In this document: in pieces, positions 26,901 through 38,900 of the stretch
How positions within the stretch are numbered: position 1 is the first letter of the stretch
How the letters are laid out: each line of letters starts with the position of its first letter
NCBI GenBank assembly: GCA_024679065.1
Contig: JAGIQG010000003.1
Location: 109,492,001 to 109,556,000, forward strand
Source: Sphyrna mokarran
Lineage: Eukaryota
Direction: 5' to 3'
DNA length: 64,000 bases
Notes under the pieces: model-generated
What the model was told of the DNA's origin: nothing
What the model saw: only the letters and a program-made list of their open reading frames with translations
The model's database searches: none
Made by a program: the position numbers and the translations under genes

Positions 26901-29900
26901 GTTCAAACTAATTAATGTAGTAACAGGAGACACTGATTGCAACAGGAAAAAACAGCCATCTGCTATTTTCCCAGAGGAGGGATATGAGCACAAACTTCTT
27001 ATCTGAAAACCTAAGCTAACCACTGTGCAATTTAAACCAGTCACTAGACAAGTAATTCACAACAGAAAAATCTTTATTCTGAACTAAAGGCCACTCAAGT
27101 GTTCAGTTTGCATTATTTTGCCCAGAAAAGTTGATATAATCAAAATCTTACAACAATCTCAACTCACTTGCCCATTAAAATGATAAATTCACAAGCAGGA
27201 AACAGTTTAGTCTTTTTACAAACAACCAATTTTGTTGGTTTTTCCATGATGTTGTAGCCCTAGATTTATAATGAGTGATTCAACAATTAAGATCACTTTT
27301 TTAATAAGAAGCCATTCAAAAATGGTTATATGTCTGCTGTCAGAAAAGTAGCCTTTAAAATATACAAAGTGGCATTGTGTTGCTGTGAAGCTCTATTGTT
27401 CACTGCCATATCCATACTGTAACTCTTGTAAACAACCTACAATGCCTGCTGATTGAGCTGAACCACAATTCATTAGATAGGAAGTTTAACTGTCAATATA
27501 GTCATAGGAGTTGCAGCCTGTTTTAGAAGAGATAAGTCACAATGGGATAGAGCAAAGAAAGGTGTTGCATGCAATGTGCAAAATGCATTTGTTTTCACAG
27601 CAACAAATTGCTGGTTTGTTGGTTTTAAAAAAATATCACATTCAAAACACACTAACCAGCATTCAGATTTGCACACTCATTTACATGTACTTGGAGAGAA
27701 ATTGATATTCTTAATTTTGAAATTAGGATTATAGCTAACAGATGACTTTAAAATGTATTTTTGACAATGGTTTCATGGTCATCAGCAGGTTCTTAATTCC
27801 AGATTTTTAGGCATTTCACAAGGCATGTGCCAAGGTAGGATTCAAACCCAAATCCTCAGAACATTAACTTCTGGATTAATAGTCTAGTGATAATATCAAT
27901 AAACCATAACCTCCCTTTACTTAAGGCACAGACAGAAATGCAAGTAGAGTGAGTGGGATTTCCCCAGAATCTTAGATTATATTTAACTCAATACCATCAA
28001 ATCATGTTTCCCTGCATGATTCCAAAATGTAAAGTGATTTCAAAGTTCTGCAAGTACACATCTGTCAAACAGAATTCAGGATAAAGAACTCTGAGGTGGC
28101 TTAATTTGAATAAGATACCCTTAAATCCTTGGAAGGCAAGGAATCAAAGCAGGATAGAAGAGCAATCAATCTGGGAATACAAAATTCCTAAATCAAAGTA
28201 ATAAAGCCATAGTGCAAACCAAGTATGGTTAACACTGACTGGATCAGATCACAGCTCTGGAATGCATACTCAAAATATAAGTACAGAAAGAGACTGACAA
28301 TCATGTTGCATCAAGATATAACTCAGGGAAGACAGGACAAATTGGGGCTCTGGCTTCAATAGAAGTCTTTAAAATTATGGAGCCTTGATAGTTTCCTTTG
28401 CCTTCACTAGGTGAAAAAAATCCAGAACAAGTTTAAGACAGCCATCAACAGATTGAAGAAAGAATTCTGAAGTTTGTTAATATGGAGAGAGCAAGAATAT
28501 GGATTGCACTGCCTGTGATTAAGCAGACAGCATTGATGTACTTGAGATTTGAGGCAGTTGTGAATGTAAGGTAGAGAGATATAGGCTCAAGGCAGGCAGA
28601 GAATTTAGAAGTGGGCAGCAGGGACTTGAATGGAGTACAAATACTGGCATAGACCATTTGGGCTTCCTTAGCAATGTATTTGCATAAAAATGTATATTTC
28701 ATATTAAGGCTTGGAAAATAAAATGTAACAAATGGTATTTAATAACACATGGTAGGAGTGCTTTTAATGTTTATGCACCTGTCATTCCATACACAAGGAC
28801 CTTGAAAATTTGCAGGAAACAAAATACACTTCATGTCTAACAAACCAATGAAATCAAGAGATTGATGGAAGGGTACATTTGGAAGATACCCATCACAAAA
28901 AGCATTATTCTACTTTCACTCAAACATACAGGGGAATTCTTTAGAAGCTTAGAACTATGTTTCGTGAATGGCACAATCTGCAATTTATTGTCACCATAAC
29001 AGGTTAGATTAGATTTACTTGGAGTTAAGTGATCTAACTGAATTCTAACTTGCTGAGGACCACTAGAAACAGTAGAACCACAGAATTCTACAGTGCAAGT
29101 GGTGGCCATTTGGCCATCAAATCTACACCAACTACAATCCTATCCCCATAACCCTGTGTATTTGACCCTTAGGCACACTAGCTAGGATAATTTAGCATGG
29201 CCAAACTAACTTACACATCTTTGAGGTGTGGGAGAAAACAAGAGGAAACGCACACACAAGCGTGAGTACATGCAGAGTCTGTACGGAGTCACCAGAGGCT
29301 GGAATGGAATTTGGCTCCCTGATGCTGAGGCAGCAATGCTAACCACTGTGCCACTCAGTATTTCAGTAATTGATCCAGTAAAGGAAGATGATGTGTTGTG
29401 AAAAGGAGAATGTAAATTTCAAACTCACTGGAGAGACTGAGAATTTTAGATAGGCAATACACAACCTGTTACTGTTCAGACTAGCACATGGCATGGAAAA
29501 TATTCTCTTGACTAGCTGAAGCAGTTAACAATACTGCAAAGAAAAAGGTGCGGAATGCTACAGTACATACAAAGACTTTATACAAGTACTTTTTCTCTAA
29601 AGCAATGAGGGCACCCCTCTGATGGTGATCAAACAGGGAAGAATCAGTGTTAAGAACCTTTTCAGCTTTAGAAGGGAGCTACTTCTGAGAGAACTGAGCA
29701 CATCATAAACATCGCAGAGGCAAGTAATAATTAATGTTTACAATATTACTGGGTCAACATCTTATAATTTTCCCAAGTCACATCATTTTGTAGGAGAAAT
29801 TCATACTGAAAACTCTCAATTTACAGGAACTGGGGTAACAGCAGTTGGTTAAAGGATTCCATAAGGTTTGGAAACAGCCTGGTTAAAGGGAATTAAAGAC

Positions 29901-32900
29901 CTGCATTTTTCAGGTTTAAAAGGAGTTTGAAATAAAAAAAGGCCAAAGATAATAAATGGCCATAAGCCAGAACTGAATTGACAGTGTCTGAACCAATATA
30001 AAATGGGTGGCTGGTGTGAGAGAAGAGAGTCATTATGAATTCAATTGGAAATCAAATAGATAGATTTACATTTGCTTTAATTCAAGAGATTGATCAACGT
30101 GAAGGGAACTTTACTGCTCACTGTATTAATTAGTTTGTACATCAACATGTACAGACAAGATGACCATTGGCAATACATCCTGAACACCTATTTTCTTTGC
30201 ATCAAAATTTTATGGAACTGTGAAGGATAGGGAACACAGTTATCAGGTGCAAACATTCATAGTACTGCAGATAAGCAGTTTAATTTTAGAACTAAAAGGT
30301 TTGAGGGATATATTGAGAAATTATGGTTTGGATGGACATGTTCATTGCAAACAATAACATTTCTCTCCAAAAACAAATATTTACTGAATTTTATTGAGGG
30401 AATTAATTTTCAGTTTTGCTAAAATTAGATTAGAGGTTTAGATAGGGTGGACAGTGATAGCCTTTTTCCTAGGATGGAAAAAGCTAGCACGAGGGGACAC
30501 AGCTTTAAATTAAGGGGTGATAGTTATAGGACGGATATCAGAGGCAGGTTCTTTACCCAAAGGGTGGTTCGGGAGTGGAATGCCCTGCCTGCAGCAGTTG
30601 TAGATGCGCCAAGTTTGGTGGCGTTTAAGAGGTTAGTTGATAAGTATATGGAAGAGAAGGGAATGGTTTAGTTTGGAGGGGCATTGCTTTTTATATTGGT
30701 CGGCGCAACATCGAAGGCCGAAGGGCCTGTTCTGTGCTGTAGTGTTTTATGTTCTAAAAGCAACTTTTATTTTAAGAGAAACAGCAAGCATTCAATATTT
30801 GCTTGAAACATGTATAGCAGCATTACAGTTTGATGCAAGAAATGTTAATAATTCTCAGTCAAGCCCTTAGGACAAGGACTAGTAAACTGCTACCAGAAAA
30901 GCTTGGGCATTCTCCTGACAGATGAGAGCTGGAGACAGAAATGCTGGAACATCTTCTAATACAAGAAATATATAGGGAAACCTGCATGGCATACAAGTAG
31001 AAAGAAACATACCAGCAACTTACCTGTAGTTCCTTTTTCAAGGCCTAATCCATAAGCAGAAACAAGACTCGTGTCACCTGTGTGGCCAGGTTCCCCAACT
31101 CGTATCTTGAATGGGCTGCCAGTGATATGACTGCCATTGAATTTGACATCAATAGAATGGACACCATTCTCGTGAGGAATGAAGCGAATGGCATATTTGC
31201 CTGTAACAATGACCATAAAGGTTACACTTTCAGCAATGCACGACACCATTTCCACTCATTAGGTTATTTCTATAAAAAGCATGCACATACCTATGGAAAA
31301 AATCCTTACCTGGCTCAATTTCAGATATATGGGTATCCTCCACTGCCCCTGATGGACTGTGAACTTTGGCATCAATTAAACCCTTAGCACCATTCAGTCT
31401 CACAGCAAAGGATACTGGCTGATTTACTTTTAATCCCGACTCCTGAAGATTGAATAGCAAACACTTGATTGCACATTTAGATTCCACTGAAGCACAAGAA
31501 CAGGACTACACAAAGTTATGCCAGAAGGTATAAAGCTTGCTGTTGCTATAGAGTGCAGTCAATGTTTACCACACTGATCCTGAGATGCCAGGTTTGAGAT
31601 GATTGAAACGGTTAGGATTGTATTCATTGGAGTTTGGAAAAGTGCAGGGGAAATCTCAAACTTAAAATTCTAAAACATTAGCATAGATTTAGTAAAAACA
31701 TTCCTGATGGTGGGCAGTCCAGAACTAGGGATCATTGTTTGAGGATAATGGGTACATCTTTTGGGGCAGAAGTGAGGAGAAATTTCTTCACCCACAAGAT
31801 GGTGAATCTGTGCAATTCACCACAGAAAAATAGTTGAAACCAAAACAAATGTCTGATTTGAAGAATTAGATACATGTCTTGAGAATAAAGGGATCAGCAA
31901 GATCAGAGTATTCATTATCATGGTTGATCATATTCAACTGTGGAGCAGGCTCAAAGGGCAGAATGGCCTGTTCCTAATTTTCTACATATTTCATTGATGG
32001 CTGATCTATATTGGAATAAGATCCTACGGCTGCAAGTTAAAGGTCTAAAGCAGTTGCATTTCTTGTGTATTACTGCAGAAATTAGAGATAAAACATAAGC
32101 ATGTTAGGAGTGAAAAGGAAGGTGACCACCTAAAATAATCTAACATGTAAAAACATCTCTAGTTGTGCTTTTTATAACCAAAAGAAAAACCCTTAGTCTG
32201 CCCTGATAAAGATCATTTCCTCTAGGATCAAAGTTTAGCAGTTCAACTTGGCTGATAAAAAAATGAAGTCCAGACTTGAAATAAAAATGGAGCTTCTGTT
32301 TCCAAGCTTGCGTAGACTTGTGTTTAAAAAGAGGATGTCAATTTAGTCGATAAGCAAGCTGATTAAATCACATTCAGCACAAGGTCTTGTGCATGGATCA
32401 TAGAATCATCAGTAAGCCCGTCAATTTTAAGCAGGTGAAGATGGAAGCAGCCCAACTATATTGGTGCAATTCAGGCATTCAAGTAGCCACCATTGGGCCT
32501 ACCTCAGGAAAAAGGACCTAGGAAGCAAAGGACCCAGGTGGGCAGCAGCTCTCCATTGCATACAGCACCACCAGGAGCAGTGGCAGCTGCTGATAATGCA
32601 CCCACCAGAGGCCTAGGATCACCACAGAACAATAAGCCAAAAAGGTGTGTGAAGTAGAGTTGGGGCAAGTGGAAATGGAATGACTAAGAGGGAATGGCTC
32701 TAATTGCAAACCACCCTTTTACACCCCTTCCCCCCCAAATCCCCCTCAGTGCTAGATTCCTTGAATAGATTTGAAGTTCCAAACATCCTGGGAGGATGAG
32801 GACTGATCAGGGGAAGTTTCGCCATCACTTGGAAACTAATTCAGGACCGTTCCAGTGATTAAATAGGCCCAGCCGCCGTGGTTCCTGCTGTGACAGCCCA

Positions 32901-35900
32901 GATTAAATTCTACCCACTTTAGTCTTTAACAGATTCGCTGCAGGTAGTATTGTGCTGCACAGAATCCACCAGTAATAAACTGCGATTTGAAAGAGCTCAT
33001 GCAATGTCTGGGCATTTATAAGCTTAAAGAACAGCTACTGATTGCAAAATCTAGGCCAATCCACTTGCAACAAAATCTCAATACCAAAAACATCAGAATT
33101 CATATCCAACCTAGTCTGAGATTAAACCATGAATACAAAATTAAAAGATTTAATGAATTTCAACATTACCTGTTACCATTAATTTTTGCTAAAGACCTGA
33201 AGAGGGAGTTCCACCTTGTTTTCATCAAATACCAAACCATTACAAATACAACTTCGGCAACAAGCAGTTTAAGCCATTCACCAAACACTGCCATAATAGT
33301 AGTTCACTTTTAACCACCAATATCAACTGAAGATCAACATAAAGGCTGGACTCTTAAACCTCTTCAACCTTTAACTTGTGGAAACATGCATCTTGCAGGT
33401 ATGCTGTCACAAACCTTTAAATGAGACACAAGAAAAACATCCCAAATTTTTCAAGTGGCAGATGGTGAACTCCTTACACATGCAAAGGCCACACTGATAC
33501 TCATCTCCATTTTTTTTTTCATGCTGCAGAGCTTTGCAACTGATGTTCAATAGGTTAGAGCCAAGAAACCAAAGTTGGACCATGTAGCCCATGGAGAAAA
33601 AAGCACTATGGAGGAAGCATAAACTCAGACCATCTGTGTGACAAGTTGGAAACAGAGGTTCCACATGGTTTGCTGCCCTTCAGGCAAAGTTAAATGGAAG
33701 CAGACCATATCCTTCAATTGTGATTGCAAGTATAGCCAAGTTGCTAAACAAAGCTGATTAATTACGAAATTGCAGAATACTGGCACAATTAAGTTTGATT
33801 TTTTTTAAATGCCAATGGTACTTGGTTTAAATATCCAATTCCTGTCATTAACAACTTAATGACTTAGTTAGCTGTTTAATTCTTAAAGCATTACTTCCTT
33901 TAAATTTGCCCTCTTGGAACAGATTACAAATTTAATCTATTTTATCTTACAAAAGAATTCTCAACCTGTGGCATGTGAAATTTCAAGTGGTAAATTAAGA
34001 TCAAATTGGATAATTTGATCAGAAAGGACACAAGTATCACATTAGCTTAAATTTATATTTTTAAAACTGGTTGTTTAAATGGGAAAGCCATTTAAGTTTT
34101 TAAAAAGCTCTTATTTTCATTTTGTTTTTCCTGCATGATCTAGGGAGCAGCAACTAGCCACTATTAGTACCATCTCTTTGAGAGAGTTTTTTTTTAAAAA
34201 GAGGAAATGCACTTGATGTAGAAACCTCTGCAAACTTCACTTCATCCAAACGCTGCAGCCAAAGTATAACTACAACCCCAACCCAGAACTGGGATCGTGT
34301 GTATTAGAGGAGAATGGTTTATTCTGTTATGGAATTAAAAGGCCAAGATACATAGCACAACTGGATAAATGCAAGCAGCTGCTGAGAACGAGGGGGGTAA
34401 TTAATTCCTAACATTCACTTGCATCTGCATTCTTCTTCCTCTAAGATTTCCACATTCAAGTATCACATCTTTCTAGACAAAATATGGAACTATTTTAAAT
34501 AGAGACATTTGCAAGTGTGGCCTTTGAGTGTGCAGCAGGAAACCCAACCAGTGAGCCGATATTTTCTTATGTCTCACCTGAAGACTAGCAACAGTAAGTC
34601 TGCTTGCATCCTCTGATGAAGCCAAGATGGGAACAACAAAGGGACTGCCAGGGATGTACTCATCGTTGAACTTGATCGACACCTCATAATCACCTGCAAC
34701 AAAAACATATTTAGATCAATGCTCAGTTATAAACATGCAGAATCTACTAAACAACTAAATTTGAGATTTAGTGTTCAACATCAGTAAAACTGTTGCTGCC
34801 TTCCAGGCCACAAATGTATTGCAGATACATCAGTTTGAATAAACAAGATTTTCACATTAAATTATGGGGGGGTTTAACTAGATATTTTACAGATTCAAGT
34901 CTTGGGTGGATTTTAGCTGTCAGGTGTTAATGGAGAAGGGGTTTGTAGAGAGAATGAAATCTAGCTTTCTGAAGACTATTTTAGCAATTCAAGGTCTAGT
35001 GCTGGATTTTAGGCTATCAGAAATTCTTCTGGAAAACTTTGGCCTAAATTTCGTGCTCCTTGCTTGGTGATGGAGAAGGATTTACCCAAATTGGGGAAGC
35101 CAGGAAAAGAACAGACTTAGATCCCAGGTGGGAAGACAATACTTCCATCAGAAACTGCCTTCTGATTGCAGGTGTCCCCATACAACTTAAGGTTCAGTGG
35201 CTGCTGGACCTCCTTCCCCCACCCAGCTCTCCAGTGACATCCCAATTGCCCCTTAGACCTTCACTACCCTCCTCACCCTGGGACCTCTTAAAACTTCAGC
35301 ACTTTGGCTCAAGGTGGTAGCTCACCACCACCTTGATAGCAACTGAGATGCTTGAGCCTTTGTAATGCTGTTCTCACCAAGACCACTATCAAATTGAGGG
35401 GAGCTGTCCTTTGTACTATACACTGTCAGGATGTCTATATACTCACCAGGTTCTTGTGCCACGTATGACACACCACAGGATCCATCCTTCCGATCTTCAA
35501 ATGAAATCTCTGCCCTGCTGGGTCCTTCCACAGCAATAGAAAGGCCACCTGCACCAGCTTCCCGTGTCCAGATATTGAACTCAGCTAGAAGAGCAAACAT
35601 AAATTATAACCAATACTTAAATCCTCAGACAGGTGCCAACATAACTAACCTCTTTTTTGAAAAGCAGAATATTGCAACGTGTGAAAAGACTGACATCATA
35701 ACTTGAGGTCTTCATTTAACTTGTGAATACTTCACATCAAGTTTAGACAATTCCATTTTCCAATGCATCCTGAATATTTAGTTCAATGCCAACAATTCAC
35801 TTATTCATAACACGCAGAGACCCTTGTAGTTGGACGTTTTAAAATGTACAAATAGACTGATCTAAATTATAAAAACCCAATTTTATCTCCAGCTGAGTAG

Positions 35901-38900
35901 CAAATTATAAACTATTGATTTTCTCCAGAAGTTGGATTGTTTCATTTCAGTCATGAATGTCATTGAAATCTTGGTCACCAACTTTCTAAAGGGAAGGTCT
36001 ACACTAATGGGGATTGGAGCACTATCCTGACCCTGGCTTGATAGGTTGACTCCCCCCATCCCCAATTCCTTCACTGGGATATGCCACTAGGATAGCCACT
36101 GTGCCTTCCCTACTCAAGCCACCAGTTTAAAAAGTGCCAAACAGCAATAAAGATTTGATGTGCATTTGGGAAAAAGGACTCCTCACAGCTTTTGGACAGG
36201 TATCTGGACAGTGCAGTCAGGATACAAAGTTGGAAACACGTGTACCTAGCCGTTGCCTACCTTGGTTTTGGGCAAGGGTGACTTGCTTAAAAAACACCCT
36301 CCGTAGATGAGCAAGTAAACTGAATTTAATGTAATACCTAGGACTGTCAAGCATCAAATCTCACAGGAGAAGCAAATTGGCAAGATTACAAATTTACTTG
36401 CCCTGTTTCAAAAGTATTCCACATTAGGCATCTGTGGCATTGACATAATCTACACACACTGCAAAGTTAACTTGACCATAATCCTTCCCACAGAAATCAA
36501 GGAAACCCACAGGTGAAAAATGCATTTTCAATAACTTACCTGGGACTCCCACTTCGCCTCGCTCAAGGCCAGGGCCACCAGCTCGCACTTTGAGAGCTCC
36601 TCCTTCACCAAGAGGCCCCACAGTAAATTGGAAAGGACTGCCTGGTACATGCCGGTTCCGATACATTACGCTAACTGTATGCACACCCATCTCATCCGGC
36701 ACAAATCTGACACAGTATGTATGATTGTCACTTTCAGTGATCTCAGCATCAGCCAGTTTTCCAGAGGGACTGGTCACTTGAGCAGACATGTCACGGACAT
36801 CAATTTCTATAGGGGGACAGTCATTGTTAAGTTATATTCTATACTGGAGGCACCAAATTAACAAAAATAATAAAATCATGTTTAACTAAGTAGCCATATT
36901 TGCCTTGCACTGGAAAAGATTGGTTGTATTGGATTTCATGTTTACTAGCATTTAATGGTACGTTATACAGCTTAGTGTTTTTGGTACCAAGACAGACCCA
37001 TCAGTTACAAGGTTGGAAAGCTTTTTTTTGCTATTCCTTCTGACAGGTCAGAAGGCAGAGCTTGAGTTTAACTATAAGTGCTTAAACAGGATTTCAGATG
37101 GAAACTGAAAAGAAACAGCCATGTTTATAACTAAATCTTGAACTATCAGCCAAACTAAAACAAATTTTGATCAAAGCCTTATGTTGCTTGCTTACCACAA
37201 GGATTTTTATACAACAGACCAAATCATAGAATGTTTAATTAAAACAACTTCATCTTCAAATTAAAATTATTTAACAGTAAATAGATGGTAAACAATAAGA
37301 GGAAGTCAAATTAGTAGACAGGAATTCTACATTTTGACCATACTGAAATGTGTTGGTTTCAGGACTTTGATGCATTCTTTTCAATTTTACACCCCCCACC
37401 CCCACAAATGATCCGACCCATACTTGGTTAGCAGGAAAAGGGTCATTGAAACCCAGTGCCATCTCAGGATCCTGACTGGCACTTTTCCTTGAAGTTAAAA
37501 TGCATTATTTCCACTATTTACTTCAAAATTACTTTGCAAACTATTTGTCACCAAAAGGGCTTTATTTTTCTTCAAGTCTAACATTTATGTTTCTCTTGGG
37601 TACTCAACTCCTACCCCAGCTACTGCAATATCATAGTATAATGCAAAACGAGAAGGTGGCAGAATATTTTAGTACAGTACAATGTAGACACCCATTCCAT
37701 TTCCAGTTTGTACTTTCATGCTTAAGCTACAGTGAGCAAATCTGCAACATAATAATACAATACATTTGACTACTTTGGTTCTCTGTAGGACAGTAAGTGA
37801 TTTGCAAGTAGGACAGTCCTAACCAAATTTAAAAACTGTGCAAGGGAAGAAAATTCTTACTCATGCAACTACCATCGATAAAAGCATGCTGGCTAATTTA
37901 AAATAAGCACATTCTGCCGACCTCAGAGTCCACATGCCCAGTGCTGAAACGCACCATCCGGCCTTAATGGCCATGCACTGAACAATTTGTATTCCTCCTG
38001 GCCCAAGAGGCCAAACAGGGACGGGATAGGTCGACTTTGAACACTAGCAGGGTCCTTGGATTTTTCAAACCGATTCTGGCGGATCTCCATTTGTTCTGCA
38101 CGCAAGAAAGTGCAACTTGTCTGAAAATCTGAATGTGTGCAACAGAGGCGTTCCCGAGCCACCGTTAGTTGGAACCAAGTCACTGAGTGGAATAGGAAAG
38201 AAAAAAAAAGGAAAGAGAGACAGGAAACAGTTGTATTCTAGAAGAAAAATTGAGGTAGACATCTGCACTTCAGTTTTCTACATCTTCATGCATTTCAACA
38301 AATTCACTGGTCTACATCTTATTACACATTTAAGAAAAATCAAAATAACACCCCCCCTCCCTTTTCTCACCCAAGACTTCACATGATTGGAATTTAGATT
38401 TGACTTTAGCCCAGAATAGTCCATGGTGCTATGGGAACTGAATTTACACAGCCCACATGGAATGCTATCTTCGAGGGGGTGGTGAAGTGGTACATCACTT
38501 TGCATGCAAATCTCTCAAAAGCAATGCCACATGAATGCAATGAAGATCAACAATCACATTGTTCACTGAATAAATTGCCAAATAGCTAACAAAACTAGTG
38601 GGGTCAGCAGCAACTTGATGTTTTCATGATAGGCATTTGCTCTCACCACCTTTGTCATTTGCTCAAATTTGGCAGCGTTTTAGTGACTGGAAAGATCCCA
38701 ATTTTTTAAAAAGCAAAATAGTCTAATATTACAAATCACTAAATGTGATTTATGGTATCACAGCACACAAGCTATAAAAATTTTCAAATTTGACTAATTT
38801 TAGTGGTAGGTGACAACTAACTTCCCCATCTATTTTTAACAATGGCTGAAATCATTATGTAAACATCTGTAATCATGTCAAGTTTTTTTAAAAAACTGAA

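Noticed and set aside
32400-32915. GC-richer block resembling a MITE
   Set aside because: Terminal inverted repeats could not be defined convincingly.
37271-37462. ORF containing DPFPA, identical to five residues of the FLNC insertion
   Set aside because: The nearby AG and GT sites give phases incompatible with the phase-1 intron and there is no further similarity; likely coincidence.
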